From a bacterium (GTDB taxonomy: Bacteria > CLD3 > SB21): 58,913 nucleotides of DNA. Position numbers and translations under genes: made by a program. The notes under the pieces are model-generated. The model saw only the letters and a program-made list of their open reading frames with translations, searched no databases and had not been told where the DNA came from. Shown piece after piece: positions 32,001-41,407 of this stretch (its first letter is position 1; every line of letters starts with the position of its first letter). The stretch is taken from NCBI GenBank assembly GCA_013360215.1, contig JABWCP010000019.1, forward strand, positions 1 to 58,913, given 5' to 3'.

Positions 32001-32501
32001 TTACCAATCCGACGTAACCTTATTGATCACGTTCTGCGTCAGCATCTTGATCGCATCCTCCATTCCGTCGCTGCGTTTGCGGGTACCGGTGAGTGCGTAA
32101 CGCCCCCATCCGGAAAATGTTTCTTCCCACATTGTTTTTTTCTCGCGGCGATTTTCAAATTTAATGATCGCCGTAATAGTGATCTTGTAATCCGATGTGG
32201 TAAACTGATTGCCGCTGCCTTCGAAGGCAAACACGATATCATCAACTTGGGTGATTTTTCCGCTCAGCACGGCATCGGCGGATTTGAAATCGGCTATGCG
32301 CAGGTTATTGTCGTCCAATATACCCTGCGTCAGACCGGTGGTGACTTTTTCGCGAATACCGGGTTCGGCCGTCAAATTATCGAACATCGGAACGGCGACG
32401 GTTTTCAGTTCACCAAGGTTGGCTCCGGTAAACGAATAGACGCATCCGATAAGACTGATCAGCAGTATGCCAAAGAACAAATATTTGAAATAACTTTTCA
32501 T
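32001..32501 (-). CDS. lptE: LptE-family lipoprotein
   Basis: Lipobox LIG-C followed by VYSFTG; KTVAVPMFDN and ADAVLSGKI; ends in DW; start placed at MKSY (32501). Confidence 0.75.
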   Translation of the reverse strand: MKSYFKYLFFGILLISLIGCVYSFTGANLGELKTVAVPMFDNLTAEPGIREKVTTGLTQGILDDNNLRIADFKSADAVLSGKITQVDDIVFAFEGSGNQFTTSDYKITITAIIKFENRREKKTMWEETFSGWGRYALTGTRKRSDGMEDAIKMLTQNVINKVTSDW

Positions 32502-32524
32502 CGTTACATGTACCGGCTCGACGT

Positions 32525-33817
32525 TCACAGATCGAGATTGTACTCCTTGATCTTGCGATACAACGTGCGCTCGGACAGTCCCAGGGAACGCGCGGCGGCA
32601 TTACGTTTGCCGTCAAATTTTTTGAGCGCCTTGATGATCATATCCCGTTCCAGATCGCTCAGCGAAAGACTGTCGCGCTCTTGCCCTTCGTCCACGTTAT
32701 ACACTTCCGTTTCAACGATCTTACCGTCGCGAGTTTCTTTGTCAAAGTGCGGTGCGTATCCGGCGTGCGGAAAATCGCTGCCGCCCAAAGGCCGCGGTAC
32801 GTTGCCAAACTTAGCAACCAAAAAATGTTTGATATCATCCACATCCCGTTTCAGCGACAGAAGCGTTCTGTACAACAGTTCCCGCTCCGCTTGCTCCGGT
32901 GTCATATGTGTGGGAATCGGCAACATGGTATCGTCAGCGTCATTTTCAAACGCATCAATACCTTTAAAGTTTTCCAACTGCTTGGTAATATCTTCCGCCG
33001 TTACCGTTTCACCGCGCTTGATCGTAATCAGGCTTTCAACAAAATTCTTCAATTCGCGTACATTGCCTGGCCAGCGGTAGTTGACCATCATATCCATCGC
33101 TTCCGCGGTAAAACCGCGAAACTTGGCATACGTCTGCGCGCTATAATCATCGGTAAACCGCTTGATCAATACCGGTATATCCGCCCGCCGCTGACGTAGC
33201 GGCGGCATCGTAATGGTGATCGCTTTGAGACGATAATACAAGTCTTTGCGAAATTCACCACGGCGCACCATTTGTTCCAAATTGCGATTGGTCGCGCCGA
33301 TCACACGCACGTCGCACCGCCGGACGACCGAACCGCCGACTTTTAAAAATTCACCGGTTTCAAGAACGCGCAAGAGTTTCACTTGCGTTTGAAGCGGCAT
33401 GTCGCCGATTTCATCCAAAAATATTGTACCGCCGTTGGCGGTTTCAAAATACCCTTTACGCTCAGAAACTGCACCCGTAAACGCTCCGCGTTCATGGCCA
33501 AACAGTTCGCTTTCCAAAATACCCTCCGCGATGGCGCCGCTATTGACGATCACCAGCGGTTTATTGCGACGCGCACTCAACTGATGTATGGCTTTGGCCA
33601 TCACGTCTTTACCTGTGCCGCTTTCACCGATCACCAGCACGGCCACATCCGACGGAGCGACCCGGCATACATCCCGAATGATGGTTCGGATGGTTTCTGA
33701 TTCGCCGTAAAGCCCTATGCTTTCTCCGATTGAACGAAGGTTCTTTTCGATCTCCGTTTCGTTACTGTTCAGAACGAAACTGCGGAGTTGATCGTTATGT
33801 GCGGTATCAGCTGGCAT
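32525..33817 (-). CDS. Sigma54-dependent activator (AAA+ plus Fis HTH, no receiver domain)
   Basis: GESGTGKD, GAFTGA, FLDEIG and WPGNVREL motifs; LGLSERTLYRKIK; start placed at 33817 just after the gmk stop. Confidence 0.93.
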   Translation of the reverse strand: MPADTAHNDQLRSFVLNSNETEIEKNLRSIGESIGLYGESETIRTIIRDVCRVAPSDVAVLVIGESGTGKDVMAKAIHQLSARRNKPLVIVNSGAIAEGILESELFGHERGAFTGAVSERKGYFETANGGTIFLDEIGDMPLQTQVKLLRVLETGEFLKVGGSVVRRCDVRVIGATNRNLEQMVRRGEFRKDLYYRLKAITITMPPLRQRRADIPVLIKRFTDDYSAQTYAKFRGFTAEAMDMMVNYRWPGNVRELKNFVESLITIKRGETVTAEDITKQLENFKGIDAFENDADDTMLPIPTHMTPEQAERELLYRTLLSLKRDVDDIKHFLVAKFGNVPRPLGGSDFPHAGYAPHFDKETRDGKIVETEVYNVDEGQERDSLSLSDLERDMIIKALKKFDGKRNAAARSLGLSERTLYRKIKEYNLDL

Positions 33818-33818
33818 A

Positions 33819-34388
33819 TCAGCGACGGATGATATCCAAAATTTCGTTGGCAGCCCGTTCGATGGTATCATTGACCACAACGTGATCAAATAAATGCGCG
33901 CGATCCATTTCCTCTTGCACGCGCGCCAAGCGTATTTTCAACGTTTCTTCTGTTTCTGTACCACGGGACATAAGACGCTTACGCAGCTCATCCATAGAAG
34001 GCGGTTTAATAAATATAAGTACCGAGGTCCCTCCGTATGATTTTTTTACGTTGAGCGCGCCATTGACATCCAGATCCATGATCACGTTACAACCCATTCG
34101 GAGATCCGGTTCGACGGCCATACGTAATGTCCCGTAATAATTTCCGAAATGGTGGTCGTATTCCACAAAATCATCATTCTGTATGTGATCTTTAAATTCC
34201 TCTTCTGAAATAAAGTAATAATCTTTGCCGTCATTCTCACCTTCACGTTTGGCACGTGTCGTCGCCGAAATGGAAAATACCAACGTCGGGTCCATCTTGA
34301 GCAAGGTATTCTTAATGGCGGTCTTTCCTGTACCCGATGGAGCACTAAAGACGATCAGCTTGCCTTTGGATGATGAAAGATTAGCCAT
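33819..34388 (-). CDS. gmk: Guanylate kinase
   Basis: SAPSGTGK, SATTRAKREGENDGKDYYF and YYGT motifs. Confidence 0.96.
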   Translation of the reverse strand: MANLSSSKGKLIVFSAPSGTGKTAIKNTLLKMDPTLVFSISATTRAKREGENDGKDYYFISEEEFKDHIQNDDFVEYDHHFGNYYGTLRMAVEPDLRMGCNVIMDLDVNGALNVKKSYGGTSVLIFIKPPSMDELRKRLMSRGTETEETLKIRLARVQEEMDRAHLFDHVVVNDTIERAANEILDIIRR

Positions 34389-34435
34389 TTTTAAGTACTG
34401 ACATTTTTACAGTTTATTACTTTACAATAAGCGGA

Positions 34436-34464
34436 AATATAGATTTTACTTAAGTTTAAGGCAA
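34436..34464 (-). promoter_or_regulatory. Sigma70-type promoter of the gmk run
   Basis: TTGCCT, 17 bp, TATATT. Confidence 0.6.
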
Positions 34465-34568
34465 GAAATAAATTAGCAAAAATTATTATAGCACGGTTAC
34501 GACCAAAACACTTCCCCGGTGTTCGGGTTGCTCAAAAATACAATAATTTGGTACTCGCTTTATATCTG

Positions 34569-34982
34569 TCAGGTACGAGGTATTTGTATGTAAGCGATAC
34601 TATAGAAAACGAGCGGCAAGGTCATAAATGTCAGCGGTGCAGCAAAAAAATACATGGTGCATATTCCCGTGGCTATCGCCATACCGGCTATATTGATCTT
34701 CAAAACCCCGCGCATCACTTCTATCCGATCGGTCATCCGTGAAGCGATAAAAAGATTTAAAACGGCGACAAACAAACAAAAAAGCGCGAAAAACAAACTA
34801 AATCCGTTTTGAAAATCCATCAGTGAACGTGAACTACCCATGATTTCAAATTTATAATTTTGAGCCAGTTCAAATAGTTGTTTTTCGGTTTCGTTGGCCG
34901 GTATTCGTTCCTGAAAATGACCGAGCAGGTGAATAAAGGTCGTAGACAGTAGGATATAAGAACCTATTTTGAAGAATTTCAT
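34569..34982 (-). CDS. Four-TM membrane protein (LIC_13387-like)
   Basis: HLLGH in first TM; SLMDFQNGFSL; hydrophobicity pattern. Confidence 0.7.
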   Translation of the reverse strand: MKFFKIGSYILLSTTFIHLLGHFQERIPANETEKQLFELAQNYKFEIMGSSRSLMDFQNGFSLFFALFCLFVAVLNLFIASRMTDRIEVMRGVLKINIAGMAIATGICTMYFFAAPLTFMTLPLVFYSIAYIQIPRT

Positions 34983-35035
34983 ACGACTGAGCTTCCTTTC
35001 TATACTTAAAAACGATTATCGCCAGGGATCAAAAA

Positions 35036-36007
35036 CTATTGTGAAAGAATAGATTTAAATTCCTCCGGTTTGACTGTCAGCAAACCCACACCCGGTAAAC
35101 GTTCCGTGAGAATACGCCAATTATTATCCTTGGCGAATATTTTTTTGAACATCGGGAGCGCATCGTTCATTTTACCGGCGTTGGCCAGTGCGACAGCATG
35201 CCAGTATTGCATTTCAAGGTTATCGGGAAACATTTTTTCAGCACCACCATACAGAGCCATCGCCTTGTCCATTTCGTGGTGCTCGATAGCCAAATCACCT
35301 TTATTCATCAGTTCGTAAGCGCGATACATTTTGAGAAGGCGGCGTATTTCGAGAACCGGCTCGGCATGATCTTCAACGCGTAACTCAATCATCCGGTCTT
35401 CCCAAATTTTTCCGGTAGCTTTCGCCTTAACGACAAGAATGGCGGCGGACTGTTTACCGCGAATATCGCCTCCGACGCTTTGCCCGGCTTCCAGTGCGGC
35501 AACCATCCGTTCGGCGAGCGGCCCCTGCGCTTCCTTAAAAGCTTTATGCATCGCCGGCCATACTTTGTCATTGAGCATCAGATTCGCCTGAACTGAAAAT
35601 TGTTCGCCTAACGCGTGACCGGCTGCGGGAATACACTTTTCGCCCGTGTGAGCGGCAACATTTCCTTTGGCATCTACGATAGCCAATTGGCGAACGGCAC
35701 GCCCTTCGTCGGAATCAATTAACATTTTAAGTACTTCCTGCGCCGTTTTGCCTTGCTTCAGGAGTTCCAGACCGCGCGGCCCGAACGACGGATTGACAAA
35801 CGATTGTGTAGCGATCGCACCGACACCGGCCTCCGCCCAAGTCACAAGCGATCCGACGGAAAACCAATTGGACTGCACCGCGACGCCCATATCACCGGTT
35901 TCGGGATCGCGCGCGACGATCGAATACGTGTGCACGAGACGATTTTCAGGTATGATCTGCGCAACCAACGACGATGTCATAAAATAAATAAAAAATATTT
36001 TTCTCAT
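35036..36007 (-). CDS. Exported DUF1028 (Ntn-hydrolase-like) protein with C-terminal TPR
   Basis: TYSIVARDPETGDMGVAVQS, GAIATQS and GGDIRGKQSAA motifs; GGAG RBS supports ATG at 36007. Confidence 0.88.
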   Translation of the reverse strand: MRKIFFIYFMTSSLVAQIIPENRLVHTYSIVARDPETGDMGVAVQSNWFSVGSLVTWAEAGVGAIATQSFVNPSFGPRGLELLKQGKTAQEVLKMLIDSDEGRAVRQLAIVDAKGNVAAHTGEKCIPAAGHALGEQFSVQANLMLNDKVWPAMHKAFKEAQGPLAERMVAALEAGQSVGGDIRGKQSAAILVVKAKATGKIWEDRMIELRVEDHAEPVLEIRRLLKMYRAYELMNKGDLAIEHHEMDKAMALYGGAEKMFPDNLEMQYWHAVALANAGKMNDALPMFKKIFAKDNNWRILTERLPGVGLLTVKPEEFKSILSQ

Positions 36008-36211
36008 ACACACTCCATGTGAAATGGTCTATTTATAAAAAACCTGATAATTGTATAGACATCAGTCAGCCGTTCCCACAAAACCAGAAACCATCAAATT
36101 TATCCGTAGTTCGTCACTCAAAAAGGCGGTTTGAGATCAGAACGGTGATGCGATCAAACTAATCGCGTTTATAGAATTACAATACCTCATTGGCTCACCG
36201 AATGAGCCTAA

Positions 36212-36247
36212 ATGTATCAGTGCCGGTTTACATGCGCAAGAATAAGG
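36212..36247. repeat. 36-bp direct repeat, copy 1 (contains a minus-strand promoter)
   Basis: ATGTATCAGTGCCGGTTTACATGCGCAAGAATAAGG; 32/36 identical to 39099-39134; minus strand reads TTGCGC-17-TACATT. Confidence 0.8.
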
Positions 36248-36259
36248 TGCTTTTGTTTG

Positions 36260-36291
36260 AAAAAAAATAAACCCCGCTACTCTTAGCGGGG
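36260..36291 (-). terminator. Rho-independent terminator of the lipoprotein cassette
   Basis: CCCCGCTA-N4-TAGCGGGG stem with U-rich tail on minus strand. Confidence 0.8.
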
Positions 36292-36349
36292 AAATTCATA
36301 TTTCATAAATCGCCATAGTACGTAACGTAAAGCCGAGCACTACCCTATG

Positions 36350-37318
36350 TCAATCGCAAGTGCATGAATCGGGTTTCATTTCGATAACAAAACTAATAGT
36401 ATCCGATAACGTATAGGCTCCGAAATATCCGGCTATCTTGCGACCGTCTTCATCGGTGATATTTGACCTGTATGTGATCGGAGCATTGTATCTCCAATAC
36501 GTAAGCGAATCAAATAAATCATATGCGAACCCTGTAGTTTCGCGCATGCCCCATGCCCGGGTCAGTATCGTATCCATCGCCATGGAGACATACCACGGTA
36601 TCACATCATATACATCACCTGGAACGCATTCATTTCTTTGCGCGGCTAACCCTGACTTATTTTTTGATTGTAAAAACACAAGATCTTGGTCGTTGGGGTC
36701 AAGAGGATAAGGCGTTCTGAAACGATAAATGTATGCGCCTGAAACCTCCGGGCCCGACATCGAAGCCGACGCTGCGCAAAGCGGAGAAACCGGAGTTTGT
36801 TTTTTAGGATAAACCGTGATAGTATCGCCGGATAGAGGGATAGTGATCGTGATATTGTCCGGTACGCGTACGGTCGCCTTGTACTCCTTGCCATGCGGGC
36901 GCGTCACACGGAGCGAACACACCTCCAGCGCCGATATGTGCAGGGCATTGGCCACATCCCGATAGGTGCCTTTGCCCACATGCTCAAGCTCTACGGTCGC
37001 GCCTCCGGCGGTCATATAGACTTTGGCATCGTCGTGGTATGTAAGTACGCCACGGTAGTCTTCCACATAAGCTCTAAGCTGGATCTGCATCGTAAAGTCG
37101 AGCAGATTGGCGGCATCGGTCGAATCCGGATAGACAGCCAGTAATCGTCCTACAAATACTTCGATGGGATATTTACGGTCTTCATCCGGTACAGCATGGG
37201 CGATGATAAGATCATAGTCTTTATCCAGACGACCGTCATAAGGCTTTTTTTTATCCTCCGAACATCCTGCGCACCCATAAAATACCCAAACGATAAAGAA
37301 ACCGAAAAAAAATTTCAT
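36350..37318 (-). CDS. Lipoprotein, DUF4249-like
   Basis: Lipoprotein signal (FYG-C or CAG-C); DAKV...GTY and RSNI...GYFGAY resemble DUF4249. Confidence 0.7.
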   Translation of the reverse strand: MKFFFGFFIVWVFYGCAGCSEDKKKPYDGRLDKDYDLIIAHAVPDEDRKYPIEVFVGRLLAVYPDSTDAANLLDFTMQIQLRAYVEDYRGVLTYHDDAKVYMTAGGATVELEHVGKGTYRDVANALHISALEVCSLRVTRPHGKEYKATVRVPDNITITIPLSGDTITVYPKKQTPVSPLCAASASMSGPEVSGAYIYRFRTPYPLDPNDQDLVFLQSKNKSGLAAQRNECVPGDVYDVIPWYVSMAMDTILTRAWGMRETTGFAYDLFDSLTYWRYNAPITYRSNITDEDGRKIAGYFGAYTLSDTISFVIEMKPDSCTCD

Positions 37319-37336
37319 AACAACTCCGTAAATAAA

Positions 37337-37366
37337 ACCCTATCCGGTTTTTAGGCCGGATAGGGT
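37337..37366 (-). terminator. Intercistronic hairpin or terminator
   Basis: ACCCTATCCGG-N8-CCGGATAGGGT followed by TTTATTT on minus strand. Confidence 0.7.
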
Positions 37367-37387
37367 ATAAAGCGTGCGTTCAATAGC

Positions 37388-38542
37388 TCATTGATACGTG
37401 ATCATCTTGATAGTCCAGTCCATGTGTTGGAGTGCACCGCCGTTGGCGTTTACAGTCTGAATAAAGATTGCGCCATTGTCCGTACGAGCATTCAATGTGC
37501 GCAGATTGATGCTTTTGATGGCTCCTTTTTCGTAACGATCGTCATTGAGACTTCTCCGCTCCTGAACATAATACGCCGAGTTTTCCTGAATTTTTTTGGT
37601 ATTATCCGTCATATCGTAATAGTCTGTCGCTAATGTGCTGATTGTACCCGCTTGCTGATCCCGATTATATTTACCCGCGATATTATCCTCTATATAGTCG
37701 CCTGAGCTCCAGTCTGCTTCTATGGCGACCATACGGACGCTGTCGGTAAGATTATCCACGCGTACCAATGCAATTTCCTGATCTTTAAGCGTTGTATAAG
37801 TCAGTTTAGAGTTTACATCCGGATAATATCGTGAAGCTCCTCCGGCATCAGGACGGGTCATACCATTAAAAATATGATTCGTTGTACCGTTGAAGTAACT
37901 ATTGATGGGATCCGACCCATCGGAAAAATAGACTTCAAATTCCTCGTAACTTTCGTCACTCTTGTATTTGAGATTCACAGCCCTGAATCCGAAATAAACA
38001 CCGGGAACAATATTTGTTTTGCCAAGCGCCACGTTATTATCGTAGGCATAGTTGACAAAGAAAATAAGATTTTCGGTAGAATTATTGGGGTCAAGCGTGA
38101 CGGTCGTTTCTGTAAGCGTGCCTTCATTCATATAGTAAGCCGGGATTTCCAATACAGGTAAACCGTCTATTTCTTCTTCAGTTTCCTGTCCGAAATGAAA
38201 TACATCAGGATCAAGGCTTACATAGTAGGAGCCTTCATCAAATTTTTTGGCGAGACCATCTATTTTTGAGTTATGATAAAGCTCGATTTCAACCGGTTTG
38301 CCGTTGGCGGAAACTTTTGAAAGAGATCGATTGGCGGTAATTTCGCTTAACCTGACCGATCCATTCTTAAGCATAGCCAAATTTTCGGCAGTAACCCAGG
38401 ATGGATCCTGTACAAGGCCCTTTGCCACTTCTTCCAGTCCGGTGCGGGATGCACGATCTGTTTCTATTGATGTTTCAGTATTTTTTTCCGAACAAGAAAT
38501 CGTAAAAAAAACAAATCCTAACCATACAAATAACTTCTTCAT
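37388..38542 (-). CDS. Hypothetical lipoprotein
   Basis: MKKLFVWLGFVFFTIS-C lipoprotein signal; GGAG RBS; long open frame. Confidence 0.8.
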   Translation of the reverse strand: MKKLFVWLGFVFFTISCSEKNTETSIETDRASRTGLEEVAKGLVQDPSWVTAENLAMLKNGSVRLSEITANRSLSKVSANGKPVEIELYHNSKIDGLAKKFDEGSYYVSLDPDVFHFGQETEEEIDGLPVLEIPAYYMNEGTLTETTVTLDPNNSTENLIFFVNYAYDNNVALGKTNIVPGVYFGFRAVNLKYKSDESYEEFEVYFSDGSDPINSYFNGTTNHIFNGMTRPDAGGASRYYPDVNSKLTYTTLKDQEIALVRVDNLTDSVRMVAIEADWSSGDYIEDNIAGKYNRDQQAGTISTLATDYYDMTDNTKKIQENSAYYVQERRSLNDDRYEKGAIKSINLRTLNARTDNGAIFIQTVNANGGALQHMDWTIKMITYQ

Positions 38543-38855
38543 AAACACTCCATAATTACGAGAACAGTTGCATAAACGTCCTTTGCGTTTTATATTGCAC
38601 TGGGGAAGGACATATTACTTTGTTTCTTTGTACCTGCCTAGGGTTCAAGACGGTAATATCGTTCTTCCCTTTTTTGTTCTCAGGTTAAACATAATCTTCA
38701 ATTTCAGGCGTAAGACTTTATGTAATGACATATATGCCGTTACAGTTTACGCGTAAGTAATTTTATTAGGTAAAATCAAATGATGAAGAAAACAACCACC
38801 CCCCTTTTGGCGAAATCATTATCTCAATGCAGTTCTATATTATTCTTTCACGTCA

Positions 38856-38903
38856 AGAATAGAATAGAATAGAATAGAATAGAATAGAATAGAATAGAAT
38901 AGA
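38856..38903. repeat. Pentanucleotide microsatellite (AGAAT)9 plus AGA
   Basis: Nine perfect copies counted directly. Confidence 0.97.
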
Positions 38904-38930
38904 GACAATAATCCGAAATAAACGCATATT

Positions 38931-38959
38931 ACTATAGAAATTTTTTTTCATCAAGTCAA
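38931..38959 (-). promoter_or_regulatory. Sigma70 promoter with an 8-nt homopolymer in the spacer
   Basis: TTGACT, 17 bp containing A8, TATAGT; faces the lipoprotein pair. Confidence 0.7.
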
Positions 38960-39098
38960 TGATTTTTATCACTCTAAAATTTATCCATTGCATTAAACTT
39001 CACCAAAATATAGATAGCTATAATTTTTTATATTTTGTTATATCAAAGCAAAAAAACGCCGTTGATATCGAAAACGTCATACCAAACCATAAATAAAT

Positions 39099-39134
39099 AT
39101 GTATCAGCGCAGGTTTACATGCTCAAGAAAAAGG
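39099..39134. repeat. 36-bp direct repeat, copy 2
   Basis: ATGTATCAGCGCAGGTTTACATGCTCAAGAAAAAGG. Confidence 0.8.
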
Positions 39135-39170
39135 CGTGTTTTTATCGCCTGAATTTTATACTATAATTTT

Positions 39171-39199
39171 TTGCATTTATCTCGCTCTTTACCTACTAT
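39171..39199 (+). promoter_or_regulatory. Sigma70-type promoter of the M13 peptidase
   Basis: TTGCAT, 17 bp, TACTAT. Confidence 0.6.
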
Positions 39200-39245
39200 T
39201 GTTCGCCTAAAAAATTACATCCATAATAATCGGAGTAAACCCTTT

Positions 39246-41291
39246 ATGCGAACGTTACGTTTCTTTATGCATGCATTGTTATGTATAACCGCGCTGTCCT
39301 ATATCGCCTGCGCTGATAAAGCGCCGACGATCAAAGGCAAAACCATCGAAGCAGAAAACTTGGACACTACGGTTGCGCCGTGTAATGATTTTTATCAGTA
39401 CGCCAACGGCGGTTGGTTGAAAAACAATCCCATTCCGGCTGCATTCAGCCGCTGGAGCAGCTTCAATGAATTAGCCGATTTTAATACGACGGCACTGCGC
39501 GGTTTATTGGAAACCGCAGCCAACGATAAAAACGCTCAGAAAGGTTCCAACCAACAAAAAATCGGCGATTTTTATTATACCGGTATGGATAGCGCCGGCA
39601 TCGAAGCTGCCGGATTAAAATCTCTGGCATCGGAATTTGCACGCATTGACGGTATCAAAGACACCAAAGACCTAGCCGTCGTGTTATCGTATTATCATCA
39701 GTTGGCGATGGATCCGGCGTTTAATGTTTTTGTCGGACAAGACGATAAAAACAGCACCATGATGATCGCAAACGCGTACCAGGGCGGACTCGGTTTACCC
39801 GATCGCGATTATTACACCAAAACGGATGAAAAAAGTAAAACCATTCGTTCGGCCTATGAAAAATACATCGCAAAACTTTTAACTTTATCCGGCATGGACG
39901 AAAAATCATCCGTCAAAGCCGCGTCGGCGATCATGGGAATCGAAACGCAATTAGCTAAAGCCTCCATGACCCGCGTCGAACAACGTGACCCTAATGCCGT
40001 GTACCATAAGATGACGGTTGAGGAATTGGAAAAAACGGCTCCCAATTTCATGTGGAAAACTTATTTTGAGGGCCTCGGTCTTTCCGCAATGAAAGACCTC
40101 AACGTCGCCCAACCCAATTTTTTCAAAGAACTCAGTGGCATGATCCAATCGGTATCCATCGCCGATTGGAAATCTTACCTTCGTTTTCACGTACTGAACT
40201 ATGCCGCACGGTATATGAATTCAGATTTTGTGAATGCCTCGTTTGAATTTCATGGAAAAACGCTGACCGGACAAAAAGAAATGCAACCGCGCTGGAAACG
40301 TGTCAGCAACGTCACCGATCAATCGCTCGGCGATGCGCTCGGCCAGGTCTATGTTGAAAAATATTTTCCTCCCGCGTCAAAGAAAAAAGCGCTCACGATG
40401 GTTAACAATGTAAAAGAAGCTTTCCGTGATCGCCTGATGAAACTGAACTGGATGAGCGACAGCACACGCCAGAAAGCGCTCGCCAAGTTGAATACCTTTG
40501 TTGTGAAAATCGGTTACCCGGACAAATGGAAAGATTATTCGACTCTCGAAATCGACAGGCAATCCTATCTCGGCAACGTCATGCGCGCACAACAATTTGA
40601 ATTCAAACGATTACTGGCGCAAGTCGGACAACCCGTGGATCGCAATCGCTGGGGCATGACACCGCCGACCGTCAATGCGTACTACAATACGGGTATGAAT
40701 GAAATCGTTTTTCCCGCCGGCATTTTACAATATCCATTTTTTAATCCCGATGCCGACGATGCATTTAACTATGGTTCGATGGGCGCCGTAATCGGTCATG
40801 AGATCACACACGGATTTGATGATCAAGGCAGCCAGTATGACGCCGAAGGCAATCTCAAAAACTGGTGGTCCCAAGAAGACCGTAAACAATTCGAATCCCG
40901 TGCTGACCGCGTAGTGAAACAATTTGACGGTTTTCTCGCGATCGACTCCATGCATGTTAACGGTAAACTCACGCTGGGAGAAAATATCGCCGATCTCGGC
41001 GGGCTGTCCATCGCTTACGATGCCATGATCAAAGCTCAAAACGGAAAAACACCGGCTAAAATCGGCGGGTTCACTGCGGAACAACGGTTCTTCCTCGCTT
41101 GGGCACAGATATGGCGAACCAACACACGCGACGAACGCCTGCGTCTGATGATCAACACCGACCCCCATTCGCCCGGAAAATTCCGCGTCAACGGTCCACT
41201 CGAAAACATGCCGGAATTCTACAAAGCCTTCGGATGCAAAGAAGGCGACGGTATGGTAAAAACCGACAGCAGCCGCGCACAAATTTGGTAA
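39246..41291 (+). CDS. M13 family zinc metalloendopeptidase (PepO/neprilysin-like), probable lipoprotein
   Basis: VNAYY, HEITH, ENIAD and HSP motifs; YIA-C lipobox; CGGAG RBS before ATG 39246. Confidence 0.95.
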   Translation: MRTLRFFMHALLCITALSYIACADKAPTIKGKTIEAENLDTTVAPCNDFYQYANGGWLKNNPIPAAFSRWSSFNELADFNTTALRGLLETAANDKNAQKGSNQQKIGDFYYTGMDSAGIEAAGLKSLASEFARIDGIKDTKDLAVVLSYYHQLAMDPAFNVFVGQDDKNSTMMIANAYQGGLGLPDRDYYTKTDEKSKTIRSAYEKYIAKLLTLSGMDEKSSVKAASAIMGIETQLAKASMTRVEQRDPNAVYHKMTVEELEKTAPNFMWKTYFEGLGLSAMKDLNVAQPNFFKELSGMIQSVSIADWKSYLRFHVLNYAARYMNSDFVNASFEFHGKTLTGQKEMQPRWKRVSNVTDQSLGDALGQVYVEKYFPPASKKKALTMVNNVKEAFRDRLMKLNWMSDSTRQKALAKLNTFVVKIGYPDKWKDYSTLEIDRQSYLGNVMRAQQFEFKRLLAQVGQPVDRNRWGMTPPTVNAYYNTGMNEIVFPAGILQYPFFNPDADDAFNYGSMGAVIGHEITHGFDDQGSQYDAEGNLKNWWSQEDRKQFESRADRVVKQFDGFLAIDSMHVNGKLTLGENIADLGGLSIAYDAMIKAQNGKTPAKIGGFTAEQRFFLAWAQIWRTNTRDERLRLMINTDPHSPGKFRVNGPLENMPEFYKAFGCKEGDGMVKTDSSRAQIW

Positions 41292-41300
41292 ATAAAAAAT

Positions 41301-41338
41301 ATAACAAGAGGTGAGTAATATTATTCACCTCTTGTTAT
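41301..41338. repeat. 38-bp near-perfect palindrome, possible terminator
   Basis: ATAACAAGAGGTGAGTAAT|ATTATTCACCTCTTGTTAT with one mismatch. Confidence 0.8.
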
Positions 41339-41407
41339 CTATATAGATTTTTATTAGTATCCGTTACCGTCTATTATTTTTTTATAAACGAAAGGTCTTG
41401 AATTCTG

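Noticed and set aside
32247-33080. 277-aa plus-strand ORF
   Set aside because: Antisense to lptE and the sigma54 activator; no recognisable features
38721-38744. Imperfect 24-bp palindrome TGTAATGACATATATGCCGTTACA
   Set aside because: Single instance with two mismatches in AT-rich DNA; too weak to call an operator
38856-38903. Possible CRISPR array
   Set aside because: Simple 5-bp tandem repeat with no spacers and no cas genes
38853-38927. Idea that the (ATTCT)n tract frameshifts a leader into a downstream CDS
   Set aside because: With 8, 9 or 10 copies every frame stops within a few codons, and the lipoprotein start is about 310 bp away
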